From positions 1,632,001 through 1,696,000 of the forward strand of contig OZ241892.1 of assembly GCA_965203485.1 (NCBI GenBank): a DNA stretch of 64,000 nucleotides. Reading direction: 5' to 3'. Under the pieces are notes generated by a model. It saw only the letters and a program-made list of their open reading frames with translations, made no database searches and was not told the origin of the DNA. This document shows, in pieces, positions 40,097 through 48,840 of the stretch; the first letter of the stretch is position 1; every line of letters starts with the position of its first letter. The DNA comes from Longimicrobiales bacterium. GTDB lineage: Bacteria; Gemmatimonadota; Gemmatimonadetes; Longimicrobiales; Gaopeijiaceae. A program made the translations under genes and the position numbers.

Positions 40097-40268
40097 GCTG
40101 GTTGCAGAGGGCCGCTGTCGCGCGACGCCATCCGTGCCCGCCCGAGCCAACCCCGCGCAGTCTTGGGCTGCTCCGTCCCGTCCATGCTGTCGGCACAGCG
40201 CCGCTCCGCTCGACCCTCTACGGCCGACGAAAGGCCGACGCGCGCGGTCGGTTCGGCGCTCGCCCAGC

Positions 40269-41552
40269 TCACGCCGTCTGCGCCTTCGGCAACCGGATCT
40301 GGAACGTCACGCCGCGATCGCCAACGTCCAGCAAGTTGATGCGGCCGCCGTGCACGCCCTCCACGATCCGCCGGGTCAGCGTGAGTCCCACGCCCCACCC
40401 GCCCGACTTGCTGGTCACGCCGGGCTCGAAGAGTCGGTCCCGGATCTCGGCGGCCACGCCCGGGCCGGTGTCGCGCACGCGGACCACCACCCACCGGCGG
40501 TCCTGGGCGCGGGCCGACACCGTGATGGCTCCGCCGGTCCCGGCCATCGCGTCGAGCGAATTCTTGACGACGTTCTCCAGCGCCCAGGTCAGCAGCACTT
40601 CGTGGCCCACGACGTCGGGGAGGTCGTCGGGAACGTCCACGTGGAGCGCCACCCCGGCCCCCAGCCTGGGGAGCCTGGCCTCGAGGTAGCCCCGCAACTC
40701 GGAGACCACGTCGCGCACCGAGACGCGGCCGAGTTCGGGGTGGCGTCCTATCAGCTCGAAGCGGCGGCTCACCCGTTCCAGACGGACGAAGTCTTCCTTG
40801 AGCGCCGACGCGATCTCGGTGCGCGGCATGAGCGCCGGACGGTCGCCGGGCTCCGGCGCAAGCACTTCGATCCACCCCTGCAACGAGCTGATCGGCGTGC
40901 CGAGCTGGTGGGCGAGTTCGCGCGCCATTGACGTCCAGGCCAGCTCGGACGCGGCGCGGCGCTGGAAGCGGAAGGCCGTCGCTGCGAGCAGGATGGCCAG
41001 GACGAGGCCGGTGGCCCAGAGGAAGGGCATCCACCGGAGCCGCGCCGCCTCCGGCGTCATTCCGTAGTGGATGAGCTGGCCGGCGGGGTCGCCGACGGGA
41101 ACGTTCCGGGCGTCCAGCTCGGCCGCGTAGCGAAGGATGCGGTCCTCCTCCTCCGCGGTCGGGGGATCGCCGACCGGGAACGGCAGGTTCGCCGAGGTCT
41201 GGTAGGCGCCGCCGGGCTCGGTGGTCACCACGAACGGAACGCCAAGCTCGAGGATCAGGCTCTGCAGCCTCTGCAACGCGGCGAGCTCGGCTCCGGACTC
41301 CGGGCTGGCCAGCCCGCGCTGAACCTCCGCGTAGACCCTCGTGAACGTCTCCTTGTCGGCTTCGCTCGAACGCACGATTTCGGCAGTGAACACCAAGTAC
41401 CACGCCAGCAACGCCACGAACAGGGCGCCCAGCGCCATCAGCAGCGTCCGGGAAGCGAGACGCTCTGCCCGCCCCCGGATCCGGCCCGGCCTGGCCGTTC
41501 GCGAGCCCGTCGAGACCGAGCCCGCGCCGGCGCCTGTCCCGGTCGGCGTCAT
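40269..41552 (-). CDS. Membrane sensor histidine kinase (no adjacent regulator)
   Basis: Two TMs, H-box ELAHQLGTP, N-box ENVVKNSLDA, DTGPG, GWGVGL. Confidence 0.9.
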   Translation of the reverse strand: MTPTGTGAGAGSVSTGSRTARPGRIRGRAERLASRTLLMALGALFVALLAWYLVFTAEIVRSSEADKETFTRVYAEVQRGLASPESGAELAALQRLQSLILELGVPFVVTTEPGGAYQTSANLPFPVGDPPTAEEEDRILRYAAELDARNVPVGDPAGQLIHYGMTPEAARLRWMPFLWATGLVLAILLAATAFRFQRRAASELAWTSMARELAHQLGTPISSLQGWIEVLAPEPGDRPALMPRTEIASALKEDFVRLERVSRRFELIGRHPELGRVSVRDVVSELRGYLEARLPRLGAGVALHVDVPDDLPDVVGHEVLLTWALENVVKNSLDAMAGTGGAITVSARAQDRRWVVVRVRDTGPGVAAEIRDRLFEPGVTSKSGGWGVGLTLTRRIVEGVHGGRINLLDVGDRGVTFQIRLPKAQTA

Positions 41553-41646
41553 CCCCGCGCCGCCCTGGGCGCCCGCCCGGCGGGGTCCGCGAAACGCCCG
41601 CCTGCTCCGCCAGTCGCCGCCGCCGCTCCCGCCCGCGAACCCCGGG

Positions 41647-42927
41647 TCACGCGCCGGGAGATATCTCTGCGAATCCCAGGACCGGGGCCAGCGCCTTCGG
41701 CAGGCGCACCGATCCGTCCGCCTGCAGGTGCGTCTCCAGGAGCGCCGCCATCAGCCGCGGCAACGCCAAGCCCGACCCGTTGAGCGTATGGACGTGCTCC
41801 GTCGCTTGGCCGGGGCGCGGGCGAAATCGAATGGAGGCCCGCCGTGCCTGGAAGTCCGTGAACGTCGTGCAGCTCGACACCTCCAGCCAACGCGCGACGC
41901 CGGGCGCCCAGACCTCGATGTCGTAGGTGAGCGAGGCGGAGAATCCCAGGTCCTCTCCGGCCAGCAGCACGATGCGATGCGGCAACCCCAGCGCCTCGAG
42001 TGCGCTGGCGGCCTCCGCGACCAGCTCGTCCAGCGCCCCGCTCGTCTCCGGACGCTCGAACCGCACGAGCTCGACCTTGTCGAACTGGTGCACGCGCAGC
42101 AATCCGCGCGTGTCCCTCCCAGCCGCCCCAGCCTCTCTGCGAAAGCAGGGCGAGTACGCGACATACTTTCTGGGGAGCGCGTCGCCTGCAAGTATTTCCT
42201 CGCGATGCAGGTTCGTGACCGACACTTCAGCGGTCGGAATCAGCCACAGGCCGCCGCGGTCCACCGAGTACGAGTCCTCGGCGAACTTGGGCAGCTGTCC
42301 CGTGCCCGTCATTGCATCCGCGGTAACCAAGTACGGCACCCGGACCTCGGTGTAGCCGTGCCGCGAAACGTGAAGCCGGATCATCCAGTCGATCAGGCCG
42401 CGCTGCAGGGCTGCCCCTGGCCCGCGGAGCACCGGAAAGCCGGACCCCGATATCTTCGCGCCCGCGGCAAGGTCCAGGACGCCCAGCGTCTCGGCGATTT
42501 CCCAGTGCGGGCGCGGCGCGACGCCCGGTTCGCCCGTCTCGCCCCACTGCCTTACGATCACGTTGGCGTCCTCGTCGCCGGCCGGAACGCTGGGATCCGG
42601 AAGGTTGGGAAGCCGGAGCAACAGTTCGGAGGCCGCTTCCGCCGCCTTTCCGGCGCGCGCGTCCAGTTCGGCGATCCGCCTGCCCACCTCCCGCATGCGC
42701 TCGACCTCGGCACCCGCCCGGCGACCTGCCCGCTTGGCCTCCCCTATTTCCCTGGAGACGCGATTTCGCACGGCTCGAAGCTCGCTGGCCTCGCTGAGCG
42801 CCTTGCGCCGCTCCTCGTCGTGACGCAACAGCACGCCGATTTGGCGCGCGGCGTCCGTCGCGCCCTTGCGCTCCAGCGCCGCCGCGGCGCCCTGCGGATC
42901 GCGGCGCAACAGCCTGATGTCGAGCAT
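41647..42927 (-). CDS. serS: Serine--tRNA ligase
   Basis: MLDIRLLR, TGQLPKF, LIPTAEV, CFRREAG, RVHQFDKVE, HTLNGSGLA. Confidence 0.96.
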   Translation of the reverse strand: MLDIRLLRRDPQGAAAALERKGATDAARQIGVLLRHDEERRKALSEASELRAVRNRVSREIGEAKRAGRRAGAEVERMREVGRRIAELDARAGKAAEAASELLLRLPNLPDPSVPAGDEDANVIVRQWGETGEPGVAPRPHWEIAETLGVLDLAAGAKISGSGFPVLRGPGAALQRGLIDWMIRLHVSRHGYTEVRVPYLVTADAMTGTGQLPKFAEDSYSVDRGGLWLIPTAEVSVTNLHREEILAGDALPRKYVAYSPCFRREAGAAGRDTRGLLRVHQFDKVELVRFERPETSGALDELVAEAASALEALGLPHRIVLLAGEDLGFSASLTYDIEVWAPGVARWLEVSSCTTFTDFQARRASIRFRPRPGQATEHVHTLNGSGLALPRLMAALLETHLQADGSVRLPKALAPVLGFAEISPGA

Positions 42928-42933
42928 CCAGCC

Positions 42934-43488
42934 TCAGCCGGGAGGAACCAGAGACCGGTTGTTGCAGGCCGGGCTGATGTCGTACTGCATGCGGATCGCG
43001 GCGCCCGGCACGTCGACATCCAGCGCCTGCATCTTGCCGTAGTACGTGCAGGTTCCGTATCCGCCCGCATGCCGCCGCGTGCGCAGAGCGTAGACCCGGC
43101 CGGGCTCCACCGGCAATGGACGGTTCCTCGCATAGCGCGCCGTGTCGGCGGGCGCAACCCTGGCAGCATCGAAGTTCGTCTCGTCGAGTTCAGCGATGCC
43201 CGCCTGCGACGTGATGCCGAGCACGCCGGGCGGCAACCACACGAAGCGTCCGCCGGCCGTGTCCACGGCAACATCCCATTGGCCCCCGGTCGAAGCCGCC
43301 TCGACGCGGACCGCGCGGCGCGGCACGGCGTCGAGAGCCGAGACGAGGTTGTGCTCGGGATGCGACAGCGCGAACAGCCGCAACGTGTCCGGGGACGGTT
43401 CCCACGGGAAGGCGAACGGATCGTCGCCGCATCCGTAGAGCGCGGCGGCCGAGACGGCTCCCAGAGCGAGGAGCGTGCGGGTCTTCAT
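42934..43488 (-). CDS. Lipoprotein, possibly HmuY-like
   Basis: Signal MKTRTLLALGAVSAAALYGC; WDVAV and YALRTR...YYGKMQ segments. Confidence 0.6.
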   Translation of the reverse strand: MKTRTLLALGAVSAAALYGCGDDPFAFPWEPSPDTLRLFALSHPEHNLVSALDAVPRRAVRVEAASTGGQWDVAVDTAGGRFVWLPPGVLGITSQAGIAELDETNFDAARVAPADTARYARNRPLPVEPGRVYALRTRRHAGGYGTCTYYGKMQALDVDVPGAAIRMQYDISPACNNRSLVPPG

Positions 43489-43768
43489 GCCTGAAAGCTG
43501 TTCGATCCGCCCGCCTGCGGTCAACCGTCCGGCCGTGCGCAAGCCGCTCGCGGCCGCCTGCGGCTGCAACCGGACGGCGGACGCCGGCCCCAAACGCGCG
43601 GAGCGGCCAGACGCTTCCGACCCGCCCCAACCCCCCCCCCAACAGCCGCCCACGTCCGCCCGCCAGAACGCACGCGGCGATATCGTTCATGGCTTCGATG
43701 CCGAGTTGCGGCTTTGGCGCCACCGCCCCCCGGGGCGCGCAGGACTCCGAGCCCGCATATTGGAGGAC

Positions 43769-44860
43769 ATGACGACCCGAGCACGCGACAGCGCTTCGGC
43801 GGCGGGCGGCCTGGGCGAGCGCCTCTGGGCAACCGTGCTCGCCGGCGGCGTCGGCTCCCGGTTCTGGCCGGCGAGCACTCCGGCCCGTCCCAAGCAGCTT
43901 TTGCCCCTGGCTGGTCCCGACCCTCTGGTGGCGGACGCCCTCCGTCGCGCGAAGAAGCTTGTGCCGCCCGAGCGGTTGCGCGTCCTGGCGCCCCGCCGCC
44001 TCGTGCAGGCGATCGCCGCGGCGACCGGACTGAGCGACGACGCGTTCGTCGTGGAGCCCAGGCCGCGAGGTACCGCGCCCGCGTTGGTGCAGGCCGCTTG
44101 GGAGATCGCGCAGGCCGACCCGCGCGCCGTGTTGGTGTCGCTTCACGCGGACCAGCTGGTGCGGCCCGGCGCCGCGTTCCGGGAGACCGTGCTCGCGGGC
44201 GCCGAGATCGCCGTGCGCGAAGGTCTGCTCATGACCGTCGCGTCGCGCCCCGACCGCCCGGAGACGGGCTACGGCTACATCCGTCCCGGCTCGGCGCTCG
44301 ACGCTCCCACGGGAGCCCATGCCTACCGCGTGGACGAGTTCGTCGAGAAGCCTCCGGAGCCCGAGGCGTCCAGGCTGAAGGCGGACGGCGCGCGCTGGAA
44401 CACGGGCATCTTCATCTGGACCGCGAAGGCGTTCCTCGACGAAGCCGCCGCGCGGTCTCCCGAGATCGCCGTTGCGCTGCCCGAGCTGGAACGTGGAGAC
44501 GCGGCGGCCTTTTTCGAGCAATGCGCCGCGATCTCCGTGGACGAAGCGGTGCTCCAGCGCAGCCCAAGGGTGGGCGCAGTGGACGCGTCGTTCCACTGGG
44601 ACGACGTGGGCAGCTGGGAGTCGCTGGCGCGGACCCGCGGCGCCGACCGCAGAGGCAACGTCTGCCAGGGAGACGTGGTCGCGTCCGGCGCGTCGCGCAA
44701 CATTGCCGTGGCCGTGGAAGGCCAAGTGGTGCTCCTGGGCGTGGAGGGCATGCTCGTGGTGCGCACGGGCGACACGACGCTGGTGATGCCCCGCGAGGAG
44801 TCCCCGAACCTGAAGGCATACTTGGACGCGTTGCCGGAACTTCGCGAGGAAGAGGGGTGA
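43769..44860 (+). CDS. manC: Mannose-1-phosphate guanylyltransferase
   Basis: LAGGVGSRFWPAS...PKQLL, EPRPRGTAPA, PETGYGYI, FVEKP, WNTGIF, WDDVGSW. Confidence 0.9.
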   Translation: MTTRARDSASAAGGLGERLWATVLAGGVGSRFWPASTPARPKQLLPLAGPDPLVADALRRAKKLVPPERLRVLAPRRLVQAIAAATGLSDDAFVVEPRPRGTAPALVQAAWEIAQADPRAVLVSLHADQLVRPGAAFRETVLAGAEIAVREGLLMTVASRPDRPETGYGYIRPGSALDAPTGAHAYRVDEFVEKPPEPEASRLKADGARWNTGIFIWTAKAFLDEAAARSPEIAVALPELERGDAAAFFEQCAAISVDEAVLQRSPRVGAVDASFHWDDVGSWESLARTRGADRRGNVCQGDVVASGASRNIAVAVEGQVVLLGVEGMLVVRTGDTTLVMPREESPNLKAYLDALPELREEEG

Positions 44861-46098
44861 GCTTTCGGTTCTTGATGGCGGCCGACGGCGCGGCGCGTTC
44901 CTGGGTTCCCTTCGGGCTCACGCGGCCCGTCGGCGAGCTCCTCTTCGGCGTGGAGACGCTGCGGGCTCGGTGCGAGCGGATCCTGGGCGTCCGCTGCGAG
45001 GGGCACCTCGGCTGCGCGGCGCTGGCTGGATTCGAGGAGCCGGGCGCGCCGCCCTGCTTGGCCGAGCCCCCCGGCCCGGAGGCTCCCGGCCAAGCAGGCA
45101 CCCTGGTGCTCTCCGGCCGCTTGGCTCCCGAGGAGGACGCCTTCGCCGCGCTCCTCGCGCGCGGCGAGAGGAGCCTGGGGCCAGCCCCGGCCGCGCTCTT
45201 CGCGGGCAACGAGATTGCCGGCGTCTGGTTGCCGGCCGGCACGGCCGTGGCCGACGACGCGCTGTCGCCGCCCCCCAAGTGGCCCCGGATTCCCGTGAAC
45301 GGCGACGTCCTGGACTCCGTCTGGCAGCTGATGACGGCCAACGGCGCCCGCATCGCCGCCGACGCCGAGCGCTTTCCGGACCGGGGCACGCCGCCGGGGA
45401 CCCACCGCGTCGGCCCGCACCGCCTTGCCGTTGCCGACGGCGTCCGCGTCGACCCCGGCGTGGTCTTCGATCTCTCGGAAGGACCGGTGGCGCTCGACGA
45501 GGGCGTTCGCGTCCGCGCTTTCTCCAGGATCGCCGGCCCGTGCTACGTCGGACCCGGGTCGGCGATCCTGGGCGGCGCGATCGCCCAGACAAGCATCGGT
45601 CCAGAGTGCAGGGTGCACGGCGAGGTCTCCACGTCCGTGCTGCTCGGCTTCGCCAACAAGGCTCACGCCGGCTTCCTCGGGCATTCCGTGGTGGGGCGAT
45701 GGGCCAACCTGGGCGCGGGCGCCACGAACTCGAATCTCAAGAACACTTACGGATCCGTTCGCTACGAGACCGGCGAGGGGTCTCTCGACACCGGGCTCGT
45801 CAAGGCTGGATGCCTATTGGGCGACCATGTGCGCGCCGGCATCGGCACGCTCTTCGACACGGGTTCCGTGATCGGCGCGGGCTCGTTCCTTTTCGGCGGC
45901 GCGATGGCGCCGAAGTGGACGCCGCCGTTCTCGTGGGCCGGACCGCTGACGGGCGAACTCGGCGAGTGCGACATCGACGCGTTCCTCCGGGCGGCCGGAC
46001 GCGCGATGGCCCGTCGCGGCGTGCCGTTGAGCGACGGAATGCGCACCCTCTATCGCCGCGCCTTCGCGGATACTCGGCCACGGCCAACCCCGAGCTGA
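44857..46098 (+). CDS. GlmU-related putative sugar nucleotidyl/acyltransferase with left-handed beta-helix
   Basis: PFGLTRPVGEL N-terminus, hexapeptide repeats, NKAHAGFLGHS, NLGAGATNSNLKNTYG; GTG overlaps manC stop. Confidence 0.8.
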   Translation: MSFRFLMAADGAARSWVPFGLTRPVGELLFGVETLRARCERILGVRCEGHLGCAALAGFEEPGAPPCLAEPPGPEAPGQAGTLVLSGRLAPEEDAFAALLARGERSLGPAPAALFAGNEIAGVWLPAGTAVADDALSPPPKWPRIPVNGDVLDSVWQLMTANGARIAADAERFPDRGTPPGTHRVGPHRLAVADGVRVDPGVVFDLSEGPVALDEGVRVRAFSRIAGPCYVGPGSAILGGAIAQTSIGPECRVHGEVSTSVLLGFANKAHAGFLGHSVVGRWANLGAGATNSNLKNTYGSVRYETGEGSLDTGLVKAGCLLGDHVRAGIGTLFDTGSVIGAGSFLFGGAMAPKWTPPFSWAGPLTGELGECDIDAFLRAAGRAMARRGVPLSDGMRTLYRRAFADTRPRPTPS

Positions 46099-46308
46099 GA
46101 AAGCGCTTGCGGACCTCGCCGGCGAACCCGAGCGGGGCGGGCGAGGGATCGAAGCCCTCGCGGCGCCCGGACCACGGCTAGCGGCGGTCCTTGCGCTTTT
46201 CCGTACTGGGCAGCAGCAGCCGCGGCAATGCCACGCTGGCCACCAACGGCCGGACGCACGTCCTCGTCGACGCCGGGTTCAGCCGGGCGGAGACGCGCCG
46301 CCGACTAG

Positions 46309-48052
46309 GAGCCTGTAGCGCATAGCTCGTTTCTTCTTGTGGCGGGATGTGGCGGGGGGGCAATATTGGGGGTGTGCGGGGGAGGCGAGCGATTCTTCAA
46401 CGGGGGGGTCGAGTGAAGAAGCAGTACCAGGCGTGGAGGCTGGACCAGCTGTACCTGATGCCGCCGTCGATGCGGGACTGGTTGCCGGAGGACCACTTGG
46501 TGTGGTTCGTATTGGACGTGGTGTCGGAGCTGGACATTTCGGGGATCGAGGCGGCGGTTCAGGCGAAGGACGCGCGGGGCCAGCGGCCGTACGATCCGAG
46601 GATGATGGTGGCGTTGCTGGTGTACGCGTACAGCTCGGGCGTGTACTCGTCGCGGCGCATGGCTCGGGCGTGCCGGGAGCATGTGGCGTTTCGTGTGCTG
46701 ACGGGCAACGCGGAGCCGCACTTCACGACGATCAACGAGTTTCGCCGTGTGCACCGCAAGCGCTTCGAGCGCTTGTTCGTGGAGGTGCTGAAGCTGTGCG
46801 GGGCGGCGGGGCTGGTGAAGCTGAAGCACGTGGCGGTGGACGGGACGAAGGTCGAGGCGAACGCGAGCAAGCACAAGGCGATGAGCTATGCGCGCATGGT
46901 GGCCGAAGAGAAGCGGTTGGCCGAGGAGGTGGCGCGGATGCTGGCGGAGGCGGAAGCGGCGGACCGGGCCGAGTCGCAGGGGGAGGGAAGCGCGGAGGGA
47001 TTGCCGGAGGCGCTGAGCCGGCGCGAGGGCCGGCTGGCGCGGATCCGGGAAGCGAAGGCGCGATTGGAGGACGAGGCGCGGCGGGCGCGGGCGCGCAAGT
47101 TGCGGGCACAAGCGCAGGGCATGGAGCGGACGGCGGCGCGCTGTGGGAGTTCGGTCGTGGCGAAGGGATTGCGCACGAAGGCGGCGCGGCGGCGGGCGCG
47201 TGCGGACGCGCTGGACCCGCAAGGCGGCGCGTCCGCGAGCGAGCCGGGACAGTTGCCGCGCAAGGAGACGCCGGCGACGCCGGGCGGGCGACCGGTCGGC
47301 GGGGCGCAATGCAACTTCACGGACCCGGAGAGCCACATCATGATGGGGGCGCACGGATTCGTGCAGGCGTACAACGCGCAACTGGCGGTCGACGACGCCG
47401 CGCAGGTCGTCGTGGCGCACGGCGTGACGAACCAGCCGGCCGACTGCCGCAATCTGGAGCCGGTGCTCGAGCGGGCCAGGGCGAACCTGGGCGAGGCGCC
47501 GGCGAACGCGACGGCCGACGCCGGATACTGGCGTCCGGGCGTCGAGGCGCAAGCGCGCGCCCTGGGGACGGAGGCCTGGGTCGCGACGGCGCGCAAGCCC
47601 CAAGGGACATCTCCGAAAACGGACGCCGCCGCGCGGCAGGACGCGTCGCCACGGGAGCGGATGCGGGCCCGGGTCGCCAGCGAGGACGGACGAGCGTTGT
47701 ACGCGCGCCGCAAGGCCGTCGTCGAGCCGGTCAATGGCCAGATCAAGCAGGCGCGCGGCTTTCGGCGCTTCTCGTTCCGAAGACTCGAGGCGGTCGAGGC
47801 CGAGTGGGCGCTGGTCTGCGCCTGCCACAACCTGCTCAAGCTCTTCGCGAACCGTACGCCCCCCAGGCGTCGTGCGCCCAAACGCGACGCTCCGCACGCC
47901 CCGCGCGCCCTTTCCCGCCCAAAATCGGCCTCGCGTCGTCCGTTGCACGCCCGCCGACGCCCCATGCCGCCCATCGCCCGACCCGTCCGCCTAACGCCTG
48001 CCCGCCGCCCCGTCTGCTACGCCCCGGCCCCTTCCCTACGGCCTACAGACTC
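46309..48052 (+). mobile_element. IS1182-family insertion sequence (1744 bp)
   Basis: Terminal IRs GAGCCTGTAG (46309-46318) and CTACAGACTC (48043-48052), 9/10 match; CTAG direct repeats at 46305-46308 and 48053-48056. Confidence 0.92.
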
Positions 48053-48056
48053 CTAG
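46413..48056 (+). CDS. IS1182-family DDE transposase
   Basis: PPSMRDWLPEDHL, YDPRMMVALLVYAY, SSRRM, VAVDGTK, TDPES, YNAQ, ADAGY, RKAVVEPVNGQIK, HNLLKL; GTG start inferred. Confidence 0.92.
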   Translation: MKKQYQAWRLDQLYLMPPSMRDWLPEDHLVWFVLDVVSELDISGIEAAVQAKDARGQRPYDPRMMVALLVYAYSSGVYSSRRMARACREHVAFRVLTGNAEPHFTTINEFRRVHRKRFERLFVEVLKLCGAAGLVKLKHVAVDGTKVEANASKHKAMSYARMVAEEKRLAEEVARMLAEAEAADRAESQGEGSAEGLPEALSRREGRLARIREAKARLEDEARRARARKLRAQAQGMERTAARCGSSVVAKGLRTKAARRRARADALDPQGGASASEPGQLPRKETPATPGGRPVGGAQCNFTDPESHIMMGAHGFVQAYNAQLAVDDAAQVVVAHGVTNQPADCRNLEPVLERARANLGEAPANATADAGYWRPGVEAQARALGTEAWVATARKPQGTSPKTDAAARQDASPRERMRARVASEDGRALYARRKAVVEPVNGQIKQARGFRRFSFRRLEAVEAEWALVCACHNLLKLFANRTPPRRRAPKRDAPHAPRALSRPKSASRRPLHARRRPMPPIARPVRLTPARRPVCYAPAPSLRPTDS

Positions 48057-48840
48057 CTCTCGCCGGCTTGGCTCCGGGCGACCTCGCCGCGATCGTGCTC
48101 ACTCACGAGCACGGCGACCATGCGCGCGGATCGGGCGTGCTTGCCCGGGCCGACGGCATTCCACTGTGGATGACGGCGGGGACGCGCGACGCCGCGCGCC
48201 GGTTCCTCCGCGGCGCGGAGACCGTCCACGACCTGCGCCCCGGCCGCGAGGCGCGCATTGGCGACTTCGCGATTCTGCCCTTCGCCACGCTCCACGACGC
48301 CGCCGAGCCCGTTGCCGTGGTCGTGGAGGATCGCGCCACCGGCATCCGCTTGGGCGTGGCCACCGACCTGGGCAGGCCGACAGCGCAGGCCCGCCACTTC
48401 CTGCAGGGCTGCGACGGTCTGGTCGTCGAAGCCAACTACGAGGAACGCCTGCTCTGGACGCAGGCTCCGTATCCGGCTTCCGTGAAGAACCGGACCGCCT
48501 CCAGCCATGGCCATCTCTCCAATCACGCCGCTGCCGGCCTCCTGCGCGATCTTTGGAGTCCGCGCCTCCGCGCGGTCGTGTTGGCGCACGTGTCCGAGGA
48601 GGCCAACACGCCCGATTGCGCGAAGCGGACCGTCGAAGCGCCGTTGCGCAGGCAGGGATTCGTGGGCACGCTGCACGTCGCCGACGCGAGCCGGCCCACC
48701 CCGCTGATCGACTTGGCGGATTACGAGGGCGAAGCGCGCCGGGCGCAACCGTCGTTCCTGTAGCTTCCAGGGCGAGGCCAAGCGGCTCCCCGGCAGGGGC
48801 GCTCTCCGCGCGATGCCGGCCGCCGCCAAGCCGCAAGCCG

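Larger units (their letters stand above)
46191..48763 (+). pseudogene. MBL-fold metallo-hydrolase (WalJ/YycJ-like) interrupted by IS1182-family element
   Basis: 5' piece 46191-46307 MRFSVLGSSSRGNATL...LVDAGFSRAETRRRL; 3' piece 48053-48763 with THEHGDH, HDAAEP, GHLSN, LAHVS; pieces join in frame (274 aa) when the IS and one CTAG are removed. Confidence 0.92.

Noticed and set aside
40081..40205. Possible mini-CRISPR from two 36-bp repeats
   Set aside because: Only two degenerate copies, 53-nt spacer, no cas genes, and one copy overlaps the pcrA start; kept only as a plain repeat
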